DNA of 64,000 bases from Botryllus schlosseri (GCA_051294905.1 CM119374.1:22878001-22942000), one strand, 5' to 3'. Positions 39,083 to 53,237 are shown, numbered from the stretch's first letter. Made by a program: numbers and translations. Notes: a model not told the origin generated them from the sequence alone.

Positions 39083-42000
39083 GTTTCGACCCCTAAAACT
39101 AACCCCTGGCTGCGCCTGATAATTCAGATGTAGCAATAGATGCAAGAACGTCACGCAACAGAATTCCGTTATCACGATTCACGCCATACTACGACACGTG
39201 TTTTCTAGTTGTTCGGCAATTAGAACTGTAACTAGTAAGTTGTTTGTCCATCACCTAACTAGATTGGCTGTTTGTACAAGTTCGCCTATGGGTGTAGAGT
39301 AGGGGCTGTTTCTAGGGGTGGGAGGTATGTACGCGCCTCGTAAGCACTTGATCTTATCTTCGAAACCAGACGGCGTTGCAGGCGCGGCCGTCGTTTGCCC
39401 TCTGCGCTGACCGGCGACGCGATTTTGTGTAGACCCGACGGAATGCGGGAAACGTGGCTTCTGTCAGAGCCGCGTCCGCTGCGTGTCGGCGCCCTTGTTG
39501 CCTAATCTCGCGGCTCCGATTTCGCTTTCGCGGAATCCGAATCGTTCGAATTCCCGGCGGGTTTCGCGAGTCTGAGCCGTGCGTCCCGTCCAGACTTGCA
39601 CATACTATCAATATAGTTTGTTTACGGTCAATTAACCACTCTTTTTGAGTATTCTAGTTTTGGTTGCGCATTTATCTAAAAATTAGTCGCCGAACATCTA
39701 GAAAACACCTTCTGTCGGTTGGCATTGATCGTGGCACCGGTGCTCTGTTGTGCGATGTTCTTGCAGCCATTGCGAGCTCAGAGTAGCCACTGCAAACAGT
39801 GCCTTAGCCAGAGTGTCAAAACCCCTCCCATTTCAGACACGTCCTTTTGAAATGCCGTTTATATCTCCAATATTTCTCGGATAATCTGCAATTCAGTAAT
39901 TTGTACTATCAGTGCCGTTAATTTAACGTAGCTTGTTGCGGATTTTATAGGGCGTTAGTTGTATTTCTAACTGTTGTTGCGGGTTTTTAATTAAAAACAC
40001 GTTTCTTGATTTCTTCGAAAGGCTGAACAAAATGGGGAGGGCGTTGATTTTTCAAAATGTTCAAAGGGGCTACGGTGTAAAAACGGTTGGAAACCCCAAC
40101 ACCAACAGTACAAACTTTCAATGGCGGTTGACGGTCAATGTCGTGGTTTCGGCAGCGGATTAAGTTGAGTGGTCACGATTGGGCTGTTCTGGCACCTACA
40201 AACCGCAGACAATGTTTTCACAATGTCGTCATCACTCTTTTTGTGCAAAATGAAACTGGAATTATCACGCTATACAAGTCGCACAGTCCGTTGATTTCAA
40301 ATTCACACATTCTATACTACATTGTCAGTTATCTAATAATGTCAACGACTACCCCTCGGATCAACTATTGCGCTCATTGAGACCCTAAAATTTGTCGATC
40401 AAGAGTTCAATACAGCGAGGATATCGCACGCCGACTGCGAATAATCACTATATTTCCGCTGTTGATGCGCAGCGCAGTGATAATCGTACCGCCGAACAGG
40501 GTTGTTGTCTCTGTAAAGAGGGATGCGCCAGAGACTTGAACTTATGCGCCTTGTTTACGCGTGTTTGCGTCTTTATTCGAGAGCGCGTTTATGCTACTAT
40601 CAGATTTCAATCTTGAAATCGCGGGTAAAATCTCACAGACTTATGAACCGGTGTCAACATGTTGATTAACTGGCTCGCGTACCACTGGGTAGAAAATAAC
40701 AGCTACTGTCTTGAAAATTTAACTTTGATATAGCATTAATACGGAGGTGATGCACATTTTTGTGTAGTACATAATAATATTTGTGGTTGGCTCAGTTCGC
40801 TGGTTGGGTTTTTGATTGCGAGGCAGGTTTCTGTCGTGAATACCTTTCACTTTCGTTCGAGATTTGCATATCAATTTACCCTTAGCGATGAACCTTCATT
40901 CCCGCAGTGAAGTATTTCAACTGAGCTGGGTTTCACTGGAGCTCGGGCAGTATGCCTTTATGTTGCAATATTTACTGGTTTCATTTTGGCACAACAGTAA
41001 TTTATCAATCTTAAAAGGCGAGGTCACTTTACGCACGCGAGAATATCTAAAACTTTAAAGGATTTCATAATTTGACAATCATTCACCCGTCCTAAAACAC
41101 AACTCCGCTAAGTACCCGTTTCTCGAAATGCAGGGGCTTCATGCTTGCTAGAATATACATTGTACAAGATGACACTGCGAACATTTTAACTTTGATAAGT
41201 GCTTTGAGAAATAAGAAGTTTTCGGGAAGTGAAACACTTGGTGCCGAATTATTTGTTAAGGTTCCGATGTCATTTCAAATGTCTTCATAGCCACCTTTGG
41301 TCCTTCGTATTTTCTGATTTATTACTGAGAACCTTTCTAAAACATGGTGCCGCATTGATTGTTGTACTCACAAATAATTAACCTATACCAGTGCGTTAAT
41401 AATATTGAATTAGAATACCATATAATGGCCATCCGCCTGGATTACATGCCTTGATAATATAATCACACAAGCATAGGGAACACTGTCTGAATTTGCTCGT
41501 AAATCTAACTATGTCCGTGATAATGTTCCGTAATCTGCGGGTAAAGGCTTCCAGCTTCTGGACTAGTTGACAAGGTCGTAATGAGGATGAATGACTATTT
41601 TTCGAGCGCTATGTTTACTGTAGTTTCGCATGAAAGATCGTTCCAAGGAATCGAGATTCAATGCGCGTTTTGCAGGTAACCGTATCATGCTTACTTATGG
41701 CTACAAGATGCAGTAGTCTGCGGATATTCTGCAGGGACAGTTTAGAAAACAATGAATGCATCATCCAATTACTATCAATAACGTTATTGCGTTTTCTGGT
41801 GCATAATATTGACGACGCCGCACATCTTTCATTGTGTCGTCATAGCTGCAATTAGTTGATGACAACACTGCGAACTATTTCGTAGTGTTATGAATAAACC
41901 TGTGCGCGTATATTATTGAAAGTCAAATTGATATCATGACTGCTGGCAACAGAGAATTAGTCAGCGTTTCATATTTTCAACACGCAATCTATGTATCAAA

Positions 42001-42399
42001 GGATAATCGCGATGACAGCGTAATATGCTGCACTGTATGTATATGTAGGTTTGATTGTAATGAGGCGCTGACGCAGTTTTGCCTTCTTAGCAGCCTGTCG
42101 AGTGGCTCATTGCATATCACTTTCGGTAGAACAAAACGATTTTATGGCCGGTTCAATTTTCAATCAAGTGTTCAAGAGAAACACTTGTCGTGACGTCACG
42201 CTCTTGACCTCCTTGACCAGTGTTGTAGTGAGCTGGCCTGTTTTAGCGACCGTTCTCCAATAGGGCTCAATAGCTTATTCATACCAGGAAACTTTATTAC
42301 GATTTCTGGATTCGTTTAAGCCTGTTATGTATATTGAAAAGCAGTGTGTTTGATGGGTCAGTCTTTTATAGTAGGGCACTTGTCGGACTGAAGCCAGTG

Positions 42400-42850
42400 T
42401 ATTGCTGGGCACCGTTGCAGAGTTACTATAATATTTTTAGCTTTTGCAAATTCATAAGTATTTAATTGTAGCAAGACATTTTTCCAAATTAGATTACAAT
42501 AGGAATTATAGCTAGACAGTTTTTTCCGAATTGCTTGGCAACTAGAAAATTTTGAGATTTTCCAATTTAGAATTCTAGAATGATAGGTGGACAGTGTTTT
42601 TTTTTTCAAATTAGATTATAATTATAGTATTGCTACACATTTTTTTCCGAATTACATTAGAATTACTGTTTTCACAAAAGAAATCTGCGCACCAAGCTTC
42701 CAAGCTTAACGCTTTTTGCGCTATACAGTTCTGCTGCCACGTTTTCAGGAAAACCAGAAAGTATGTTAGAATTAATGTGATAGCATGGAAACATTGCACA
42801 AATTAGATTACAATTAGATTATCGCTCTAATGTGTCAACTAGAATTATTT
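42400..42850 (-). repeat. Family F repeat with degenerate minisatellite
   Basis: caaattagatta units and ttcaggaaaaccagaaa shared with other F copies. Confidence 0.55.
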
Positions 42851-43394
42851 GATGTGGTAAGTCTGCACGGTAGACAGGTGGACCTGATATCACATACTCC
42901 CGCTTCCGGGTTCTCTTTGTTAAAATTACGGCGCATGACTTTCGTATTTTGGCGAGAACACGTTCCGCGGGTCTTTGGCTTGCAGTGAATATGCGCTACG
43001 CGATTAGAACACCCTTGTCATGATTCCGGGGCCTTGTTGATTTTGTTGGCTTTGTTGCGCGGTGCCGTTTTACGTCACGACACTCGAAAAGCAATCTTTA
43101 GCTACCAGCGCCGCGGATTGATGGGACCAACGCTTAAAACAGATCCGTAGTTCTGTTTTGATAGAGAGACATTGTGGTTGTAGGTAATCGCGAGTACTTG
43201 ACGCTTGTTTCGGTGGACTGCAGTATCGGCAATGACAGCTTACTGTGATAAGGCATTTGAAACTCGATCCATATCACTGGTTTATCAGGCTGCCCTGCTA
43301 TTGGGGACTTCGTGACAGACTCGGACAATTAGATAATTGTGTTTTTGTAATTTGACTAATTCAAGCGAAATGCAGGTGATACGGGGCCTGCGGG

Positions 43395-43711
43395 TCACCA
43401 TAAATACTATTTTATCCAAATCCAAAATTTTCGACGGCAATAACTCCGCTTCCACTGGATGGAATTGAACCAAATTTGGTGAACATCGTTTCTATACACA
43501 ACCTAACACTTTCATGGGGTAAACAGGAAATATTCAAATTTTTTGTTATTTATTTTTATATAATAAATGGAAACTTTCTTCTCCTGTAGCAATGCGGCTA
43601 CTGGCTGGAATTGAACCAAATTTGGTGTGCATGCTTGCATTAGGTAACCTAACAATTTTATCAAGTAGCCGGTACGATTTGAGAAAAAAGTCTTTTTTTG
43701 AATACCCCCTA
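43395..43711. mobile_element. Family B MITE, right arm only, followed by family F sequence (43712-43990)
   Basis: Ends GAATACCCCCTA then CTGTACAC; the downstream flank aligns with 17407-17520. Confidence 0.7.
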
Positions 43712-45694
43712 CTGTACACACATTTTCCATTTTCATACTCAATAAAACGAACTCTGACATATATAAACTGAAGCTCATTCACACCTGCAAGGTTTCGCCA
43801 ATTCAGTTATTGTAATTCTTATTCTAATCTGAATTTGGATAAATGTATAGCAATAATTGAAGAGCTTCTTGAGGTACAGAACTGCAATATAAAATTAAAT
43901 GGTATATTGATATTATTATACTATTTAATAGCTATAATTGTAATTCTAATCTAATTCAGAATAGCTGAAAATTTTAAAAGTTGCCCTATAGCTGTCGGTA
44001 GCTGATCCGTCAAATGTGAGGACCGGATATAAATCTCGATCGCTAAGATATTCGTTGTTGGTCGCAAATATGTGTTACTTTCGAAGCGTTGTAAAACATC
44101 CGTCAACGGCTTAATCCGGGTTAGAAACCGCGCCGCAATGTAGCAGATCCGACTACGCCAGATTACAGATCGCCATCGGGCATCGACAATCAATATATAA
44201 CGTGTTGAGAATGTCCCCGTGTCTCGAAATTTAATGCGGTGTATTTTTAGCAAGGACATCAGTTCGGAAGAGTATTTACCCGTTTCCTGGTCTCTCTCAT
44301 TATAATAATGGTTGACTGGAAAACCGCGGACCCTGTATTAGTCTGGATTCGGATCGTACCGTGGTAAAGTCCCCCCGAGGTCGTTCGCATGCTCACCATC
44401 GGAGATGAGGAAAAACTATGTCAGTAAGGCTTTGTTTGTAGTATAGTGGAAAGGCCACGATCTATCTTATTAGAAATTGGTAACGGTGATTACGTGACTT
44501 CAAAAATTCGGATCGAATTGCATTGAAAACCTCGAGGTATATCACTAGGAGCGCGAACAAAATTTCATGCTATCCGATATCATTTATGTGATGGATCTTG
44601 TCGAAATATTGATGTGGATAATTTTGAGTTTTTTTTATGTTTCTGGCGCTTAGCTCAAGCGTTCCAGAAGAAAATATATAGATTTGGTCTGCGGGTGCCA
44701 GGTTACATTCCCCAGACACAAGGTTACAATTAGCACGACAAAACATGGGCGTGAATAGAACTAGAAGGGTTGGTTTGAGGTCGTATACTGTTGGAAAACG
44801 AGGTGAAATGGTACCCTTGTAACTACGCAGTTACTCAAAACATCTTTAATTGTCATCACCACGGCAATCTAAAGATTTTTTGATGGCCTTGCAATTTTTA
44901 TTTCGAAGTCGCCGCAGTGACGATGGGTGAACGGTCGCCATGGCCCTTTTGAGTATAATGATCGCTCTCTACAACACGCGACCCTAATACGTCGATTGCT
45001 ACCGTAGGAACGTAAGCTAATATTTAGAAGTAGGGCTCTGTAATTCGGTCGCTAACTGTGTCAAAGTCAATCGATACAGGCATTTCTGGATATCGACCGC
45101 GCGGGACATGCATAGTCTGTCTTAAGTCGATTTAGCTTGCGCAATCTACAATATGCCTGGACAGGGGACACTGCACGCAACGCAGTTCACATTTGAGAAT
45201 TGGTACCACGACGTTCCCGTAGCTTATATCTCGATACTTTTGCATTGCGCGATATGTTAATATTCTATTTTCGATATCTGCGTCATAATTGCCTTCCGCG
45301 TATGTTCCTGTAATAGGCAATTCGCATTAATCATATACACACCAATTTGACTATGCCTCTGAAGAGTCAGCGTAATTTGTAATCTATATAAATACGCACT
45401 CGTGTTTTACGGAATGTCGTTGCTTACGGGCTAATGAGCTGAAATGAAGATTGGTTATCAAAGCGACCGCGCCTCCAAGGCAAGGGATTGGTTGCTTCTT
45501 ATAATGCTGTTCGTTCGTGACATGACCGTAGCGGTGACTTGGTGTGGTTCTAAATAGATTTGCGTGTAGATGGTGGCTCTTTGCGTTATCTCGGGATTAA
45601 TGTATCGTCGAGATATCGGCGTGTCTTAAAGTAAGCCCTGGAGGTCAATATGCTGCGAGGTTGCCAGCGGAAATTTGCAGGAGAACCGTAACAG

Positions 45695-45965
45695 ACTCAC
45701 TAGATAATTCTAGTTGTCTGGTTACAGGGAAATCTCGTTAAAATAATTCCAACGTAATTTGTAAAATGTTTCTGTGAAAATGCTACGGTAGAGCTGTATA
45801 GTGTGAAGAGAGCCAGGCTTGCTGTGCAGACATTCTCGTGCTTATGATAAAGGGCTCTGCTTTGATATATACTAAACTTGATTTTTGTTGTGTTTCTTCC
45901 TGATTCAGAATAAAAGTCAATTTCCAAGTTTTTGCGAGGCAAGTAATTCTGATTCTAATCTAATG
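45695..45965 (+). repeat. Family F repeat
   Basis: Starts CTAGATAATTCTAGTTG; gctgtatagtg..cttgctgtgcagaca aligns with 22080-22130. Confidence 0.5.
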
Positions 45966-48747
45966 CGTAAAGTAGTCGTCGTTGCTCGTTGGTACTCAAG
46001 TACAATTAAACTGAAGTAACTATTTCTAAGTTACTGAAAGGAGATAATCCGTTGCTAGTTTTGACCCAAAACTGAAAACTGCAGTAGAAGTGGCAGTCCA
46101 TAATCCTAAGCACTTCACTATGTAGTTCAGGTATGCAAATTATGCTTGGGTATTTGCGAAAAGTAGAATTTATTACCACCTCTGGCCCTCTGTATTTGTT
46201 GAATCGATTTCAGATCATCGGTTCTTGCGTCATAATCGCGGCATCCATCATTCTTGAAGTCATGCTGTTATGAGTCACGTGACACTGTTTGATTAGCTCT
46301 CTCGTCCGGATATTCGTGGTGCTTTGCCGCGCGAGGAATATTATCGAACTATCATGCAGTTGAGTTGCTTTCCAGTTTGCGGCCGGCGTAGCTAAAAAAT
46401 CGTTTTGGCCTGCGTTTTGAGATCTATCGGGGTAGCGATTCCTGTTCGTGGCGAGCTGACAAGCATATGTTAGCGCTTTTGTGTGCGTCAGACGTTGCTG
46501 AAAACTGCTGTGTACGCAACGTGCAGGTGCTTGGCGATAGCTTATTTTGGAAGTACATTACAGTCAGCTAACTGCTGTATTTTTGCATAGGTCTAATTCT
46601 TGTTGTACCTGTGCGTTATTATAACAAAACTTCAGTTGCAAAACAACTAGAAAACGCACCGTGTCTTCGTTTGGTGTGAATCGTGATACCGGTGTTCTGC
46701 GGTGTGATGTTCCTGCAACCATTGCTAGCTCAGCGCTATCAGTACTAACTGGGGCGAGCCATGGGGGCGGGCTTTGTGGATAGGAACTCCTTTCATCTCA
46801 AACTTGTACTGATGTTCGTGTGGGGAAACGGTACCGATTCAGGTGAAATAAAAATTGATGAGCTCTTCAAGAATTGAGATGGTTGGTTCTAGTTTTAGTT
46901 GTAGTGAGTAGTTCTTGTTCTAGTTCTAATTGCGCATTAAGCGGTTCAAGAAATCTGCCGGTTTGAGAATGTGCGGGTTTGAGATCGGAATCTCGCAAAG
47001 TCAGGGTCGGCAGATGGCCTTCGTCGCGCGCCTCCTGCCGCGTTTGCTACGTCACCGTCACCCGTTTTCGGTAATTCATTCATCTTTAAAGCATTAGGCA
47101 GCTGTTATCCGGTAGGTGATGTAATGCTGAGGGCGTCGTTTTTCTGCTGAGACTTTGAATGCGGTGTGTATCACTGTTATGCGTTTGAAATATTCATAAA
47201 TCGGCGATGATTTATGCAATGTGTTTAAAATACCAATTCGATACGCAGCGTTTGTAGTTGTGCGCGCCGACCCTTGCACGGGAAGAATCGTGACGCCACT
47301 AAAAATGCTGGTACGCCATCTCTTGCTCACAGTTGAATTGCCGCTGGTCGACCGAGACAAATGCATTCTCAATGAATATACAAAATGTATTGTTATACGC
47401 ATCACAGAATCAATGAAATTCATGACATAACATCCTAAGCTGGCGATCACCTGGTACCGCTCACGTTTCTAATTCTCGCGAGATGCGTATCCGCTGTCAC
47501 GTTATATCGCGAACTGCCAGCGTCCGTGATGAAATCCCTCCACGCCGCGCGATATAAAGCAACACGTTTTGCGACGCTGTGCTAGAGCCGCGTATCAGCT
47601 TATCAAACAAGATGTTTCCTTTGATGAGGAAATTTTCTTCATGCCCCTGGATGACGTCACTAGAGTTGTGACGTCATAAGGAACAAGATTGTTTCAGCAT
47701 CCCGTTGTTTTAGGGGGCTGGAACCGCCAGAGTTGGTCAAAGTCGGAATAACTGCTTAATTTGTACTCAATTACAAGTTGAAATAACGATTTTTGAGACT
47801 TGTCATAACTATTTCAATTGAAAGTAGATAATGTAAATCTAAGAAGTACTCGGTTAGCTTTAAATGTAGATTTTTTTTTTGAGAGGTGGCATACTTTTTG
47901 CGGTTGGTCCGAGGTGGCTATTTTTTTCGGAATTGCGTCTTGAAAAATGACTAATCACGCTATGAATAGTTACAGTTTTAGAGAATATATATTCAGTTAC
48001 CGTGATATCACTAATTTCAGTCGTATAAGTGGTGTGAACACATCCCAAAACTAATTTATACTTGAACACCCCAAAAAATCATGATTTTTGTTGCTGACCC
48101 CTCGGGGAACCACAGCGCGTGTTCGGGCAAGGTTCTTATGCGACCTTTGGTTCTGGTATTGGTACTTCGTTGGTTTCAAATATGGAATAGGACCAGTGCT
48201 CGTAAATTGTATAGATCGCGTAAGAGGAAACGGTTTTGTATAAGGAGAATCATATTCAGACAGATAGTCATCGCACAGCAAGAAAACACGACACAGAATA
48301 GCCTTCCCGTATTCGTTGTGAATAGTCCCGTTTCGTCCGTCCTATGACGTAACCCTCTGTAGGCGTCTATGATTTCACGGAACGCGGTCCTATAATACGC
48401 CTCGCGTCATCGCACGGGGGGAACACAGAGACTGCGCGCCGCGCGGAATAGGCAGGACAAGTACGTAATGACATGTCTTGCCTTGTGAGAGAAATTAATC
48501 TCGTAATCGTAGCGATACTGCCGGGTAATTCATCGGCAGAGGGATTGTAGTGTATTGCGAGTGCTTGAGATGTTGTAGTCCGATTTCTTGGTGGTCTGTT
48601 GCTGTTTGGACCTGGAGGCAATGACATATCTTGCGTCTATCGACTCCGGGCATTAAGCGCAAAGGAGCTCATTGATCAATGATCAGTGTCGAGGCAAATC
48701 TAATTTTTGAAGAGCGTCTTGGAGAGATACAGAACAATACAAGAGTC

Positions 48748-49521
48748 ATATTCATATTGTAATAAACCCAAATATTTTTTGCTGACAATATTCAGGGGTA
48801 ATCGTCTGCAACTACTGTTTTGGAGAACTCCAGTCGATTTTGGCTATTTTCACAACAAGCACAAGTGGCTGTATTTTCGACTACTTCCATCGCTGTTGAT
48901 CAGTTTTAAGGCGAAACTACATACTTTTTACACGCCGGATTTTGTAAAGTGGAGAGTGTACTAACGACAGTGTGACGTCACGATGAGACCATAGCATTTG
49001 AAATTTTCCTACTGAATTTCAAACCACATCAAATAGCATTGTCGGCCTTTTGTGATGTGATTTATAAGTATTATAATAATATTACTGTTTGTATGGTCAC
49101 GAGGATGGCCTTGTGCTTGTAAATTTCCTATTAAATTTACTGCCGGGATACGATCCTGACGGTTGCTTTTAATGATCGGGCGCTATCATTTATATTGTCA
49201 GCGACGGTTTTAATATGAATCAATCTTGCGATCTGGGCCGCTCGCCGAGGTTGAAGCAAACAAACTATTAATATTGATTTGGATTCGATGCTTCATATGG
49301 ATAACCGCGGGTAGCAACTAATTTATCGGATGCCGCCGATGGCACAGTTCTAAACAGAGTTGGTTACATCGCGTGGGAATCGCGCCATGCTATTGTCTGT
49401 AAATGTTGACAAGCGCAGCATTGTTCATATACAATGTTCTATTCAATTCTCTGCTAATCGCTGACGATTACCCCTGACGAGTGTCGGCCGAAAATATTCG
49501 GGTTTATTTCAATAGGAATAT
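48748..49521. mobile_element. Family E element with ~59-bp inverted termini, each with a hammerhead-like motif pointing outward
   Basis: Left ATATTCATATTGTAATAAACCC...CAGGGGTAATCGTC vs the reverse complement of the right end ATATTCCTATTGAAATAAACCC...CAGGGGTAATCGTC; the right motif is intact (49470-49503), the left is decayed. No TSD recognised. Confidence 0.65.
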
Positions 49522-49536
49522 ATTGTCCATGTGCAA

Positions 49537-50198
49537 TAGGGCTCTTCAAAAATGACTTTTTTTCTCAAATCGTACTGGCTACTTGATAAAATTGTTAGGT
49601 TACCTAATTTAAGCCTACACATAAAATTTGGTTCAATTCCAGCCAGTAACCGCTTTGCTACAGGAGAATAAAGTTTCTATTTATTATATAAAAATAAATA
49701 ATAAAAAATTTGAAAATTTTCTGTTCACCCCATGAAAGTGTTAGGCTGTCTATAGAAACGATGCTCACCAAATTTGGTTCATTTCCAGCCAGTGGAAGCG
49801 GAGTTATTGCCGTCGAAAAATTTGGATTTGAATAAAATAGTATTTACGGTGAGCACAACTATAATAAATGAACAAAAAATCGGTCACCGTAAATACTATT
49901 TTATTCAAATCCAAATTTTTCGACGGCAATAACTCCGCTTCCACTGGCTGGAAATGAACCAAATTTGGTGAGCATCGTTTCTATAGACAGCCTAACACTT
50001 TCATGGGGTGAACAGAAAATTTTCAAATTTTTTATTATTTATTTTTATATAATAAATAGAAACTTTATTCTCCTGTAGCAAAGCGGTTACTGGCTGGAAT
50101 TGAACCAAATTTTGTGTGTAGGCTTCAATTAGGTAACCTAACAATTTTATCAAGTAGCCAGTACGATTTGAGAAAAAAGTCATTTTTGAAGAGCCCTA
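49537..50198. mobile_element. Family B fold-back hAT MITE, near-perfect 662-bp palindrome
   Basis: TAGGGCTCTTC / GAAGAGCCCTA; ~310-bp arms differing at only a few positions; perfect TSD ATGTGCAA (49529-49536 and 50199-50206). Confidence 0.9.
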
Positions 50199-53100
50199 AT
50201 GTGCAATTGTATATTGAAGTTTTTACATCCGAGAGTCTTCAGGCGCAGGAGGGCGCGCGTGTGATTTTCTCCCGCGCCACCAGTAACTAATCCCGTGATA
50301 GTTCTGCAAATACACGTAAACGGTGTTTTTCGCAGAGTTGAAAATTCTCAGCGTTTCCGGAAGATTAGAAATATAATTATAGCTACTCAATGTTTTCCAC
50401 GTTTGATCAGATTTAAAATTACTGAATTCGCAAAGGAACTACGGCAAAAAACAGATTCATTTCATATAAATCCTGAGCTCGTTCTCATAAGCAGGAGAAT
50501 GGCCAATGTCTGTACTCCAATTTCAGGAAACATTTCAGGAAAATCAGAAATTAGACTATATGATTAATATTACAGCAAAGGAACGTTTCGCGAATTAGTT
50601 TACCGACATTTGCGATAACAACTACAAGTCTGGTTTGTCCTATCGTGTCAGAAAGCGTCGCTTGTTATGCGTGTGTGCTTCCTTTGTCGGGCCATTTCGT
50701 GACTAGTGCTGCTGAACTATTCGGTTTAAAACCTGGTAGGTTTTTGCGAGCCGCGGGCGGCCGTGTTAAAGTCGTCGATATAAAACTACGTTCACTGTTG
50801 TGATAGAATACTCGGATGCCCGTGTTTGTTTACTTTGAGATGGACGAGATCTATTTTCGCGGCGCGCTCGTACGATCGTAGAGAGAGACGTCTGCCTTTT
50901 TTTGTAGGCGCATTAGCCAGAGTGCTGTTAGCGCCGTCTGATCACTGTGAGTCAGGCTGCCGCGTAGACAGCACGCTGGACTTTAGCGTTGAGGGTTCAG
51001 CACGCCATGTAGTGCGCTGCAGAGTGCGGATTTAGTACAAAACTGTAGGCTGATTTCGTTGTCATGACAGCTCAGACCTACTTTGACATCACAATCGAGT
51101 GAAATGATCAGTTATCCCTGATTCTCTGCTTGCCTAGATATTATATTAGAAATTGTAGCGGCTGCTTGGCCTTGGTTTTATAACTCCGGTATCGTTACCG
51201 AGGATTACTGCTGTTACGCGGAATATTAAAAAAAGGAAAACAAATGACAATGTTGGACCAACTGCTGCAGATTTTATCGCCGCAAAATGATAAGATGAAG
51301 AAAAGCGGGTGCAATAATAATAATGTTAAAAAGAGTAAAATACGGTAAGTTGGGAGCTTTCGGGTGCGCTTGGTGCGTTGTAGCGCCGTTGTATATCAAC
51401 CCTAAGTGAACGCAAGGTTTTGTAACAGCAGCACTAGTTGTATGTTGCTAGTAAGCTACTTGTTTGACAGTAATGTTTAAAATAGGTATAACTCTGGATA
51501 TTGTGCTGTCTAAAATGGCGTCGCTTAAACTTACGTTATGGTATTGAGCATGTAAAATTTCGAAATATTGGTATAAAGGCGCTAAAACTAGAATATCATC
51601 AAAATTTGTCAGAATGCTTAGCGATTTGCGTGCAGCTCGCATTTCTGCCACTTGCATCGCACTTGTGAATGTATTGAAGACTCGATGCAAGTCGAATGTT
51701 GTAAATTGTAATGCGAGCGCTTTCCTGTTGACGCTCGCACTACGGGATTTCGCGGTATTGGCCCGAATTTGTCGGTTAACAATTAAAGAGCTTGGGTGTT
51801 GGCCACCGTGAACAGAGTCGCGCGATATTTGCTCCGCAAATCGCAGATACCCGCTCGATCTGTTGTAGCTGTGTAACAATGTGGTCTCGTGACCAGTATG
51901 ATTAGCGTCATCAATTGAACCAGAAAACATGCGACCGCATACACCGATTTTGTAACAAATTAACCTTCACCCAGTGCCGTTCGCAAAGGCGCCTGTGTTA
52001 TTTAGTCGTTGGCTTGGCGTAGGTTTGTTGACTGTTTGTAAGACTGATTGATTGGAATTAGAGGCAGAAATGTTTACATATTACATCCTTCCAGCGCAGC
52101 GGTGATAAGTATTGACTAGGTTTCTGTAATATGTTTATTGCTATTATGCTGTTATCACCAGCGGCAATGCCACTGGCAATTAATATTGCGATATAGCAAT
52201 CGCGTCGATAGAGGCAGTAAAAACACAGCCACATGTCTCTGTTCGTGTCTCTACGTGTTAGAAGTGCCATGTCGTGGATATCCACGATTTAATTGCGCGG
52301 AAACCGTTGGATTATTTAAACGGTCAGTCGAATACGAGATTGCTAGTGAACTTGTGACAAGGGAAGAGTCATTCTTTGTACCACTCCGTAACTTGATATT
52401 TGATGGACTCACAGAGCGATTATGTCACATACTTGATTTTGATGCAATTTGTAAGTGGTAGTGCAGCGCCCGTCGACGGTGCCGTCATATTATGACGCAG
52501 CGAATCACGCCACTTTTGTGCGATTGTCATTCTCACTCGATACCGATACGCGCTTGCTGAAAGCACTGGCACTGTCAATTGTAATCGCCTTTTGTCTTGC
52601 GAAATCCGGATCGGCCCGGACTGTCAAGCGTTTTATACCTTTCGTAACCTTATCTAACCGGGTCGTGAGAGCTTGTTAAAAGAGAATTTACGACTGCGCC
52701 GTTTTGACCTCTCAATGTACCCGTGCCGTACGCTATTTTTACATCATAGCCTTTTATGGAGACAGGCCCGCGACCCCGTTAAGTTTCACAGGCTGTGTAT
52801 ATCTGTGTTTTCCCCGCCTACATGGTTGATGTTAGGCTTTTTTTTTGTCGGTAGGCCTAATTCGGGTTTGTCCTAAATATTCAAGCCTATCCCGCGGAAT
52901 TGCGTTTTCGGCTGCTAGCTTTGAAGGTGAATATTTGAATAATCACCAAGCCTATATTTAGACCTCGTGGCATTTTCCTGCCGCAGTATTCGCCCGGGTT
53001 GGTGGAGGTTTTATGCGTTTTATGAATGCACGTCTGCCGCGCGTGTATACCAATTCGTAATGCCGATGATATCCAGTTCCGTTTTCATTATGTTCGCGCT

Positions 53101-53237
53101 ATCATTTAGCGCTGTGCCATTTGACTCACGCTGCTAAACGCGTGACGCCATTCGGTTATGGTGGCTTAACCGCGATTAGACTGATAGGCGGTCGGTTAGG
53201 TAGGATGTAGCATGATTTCGTGCTGTCGTGTATAGGT

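Noticed and set aside
41200-41600. Possible LINE RT remnant (LVQKLEA)
   Set aside because: Too decayed to support without a profile search.
51448-51930. 160-aa minus-strand ORF
   Set aside because: No recognisable motif or exon structure.
52138-52461. ORF ending at a GTAAGT donor as a MOB2 first exon
   Set aside because: The open frames end in phase 0 or 1 and the phase-2 frame has a stop, so it cannot join exon 53923 in frame.
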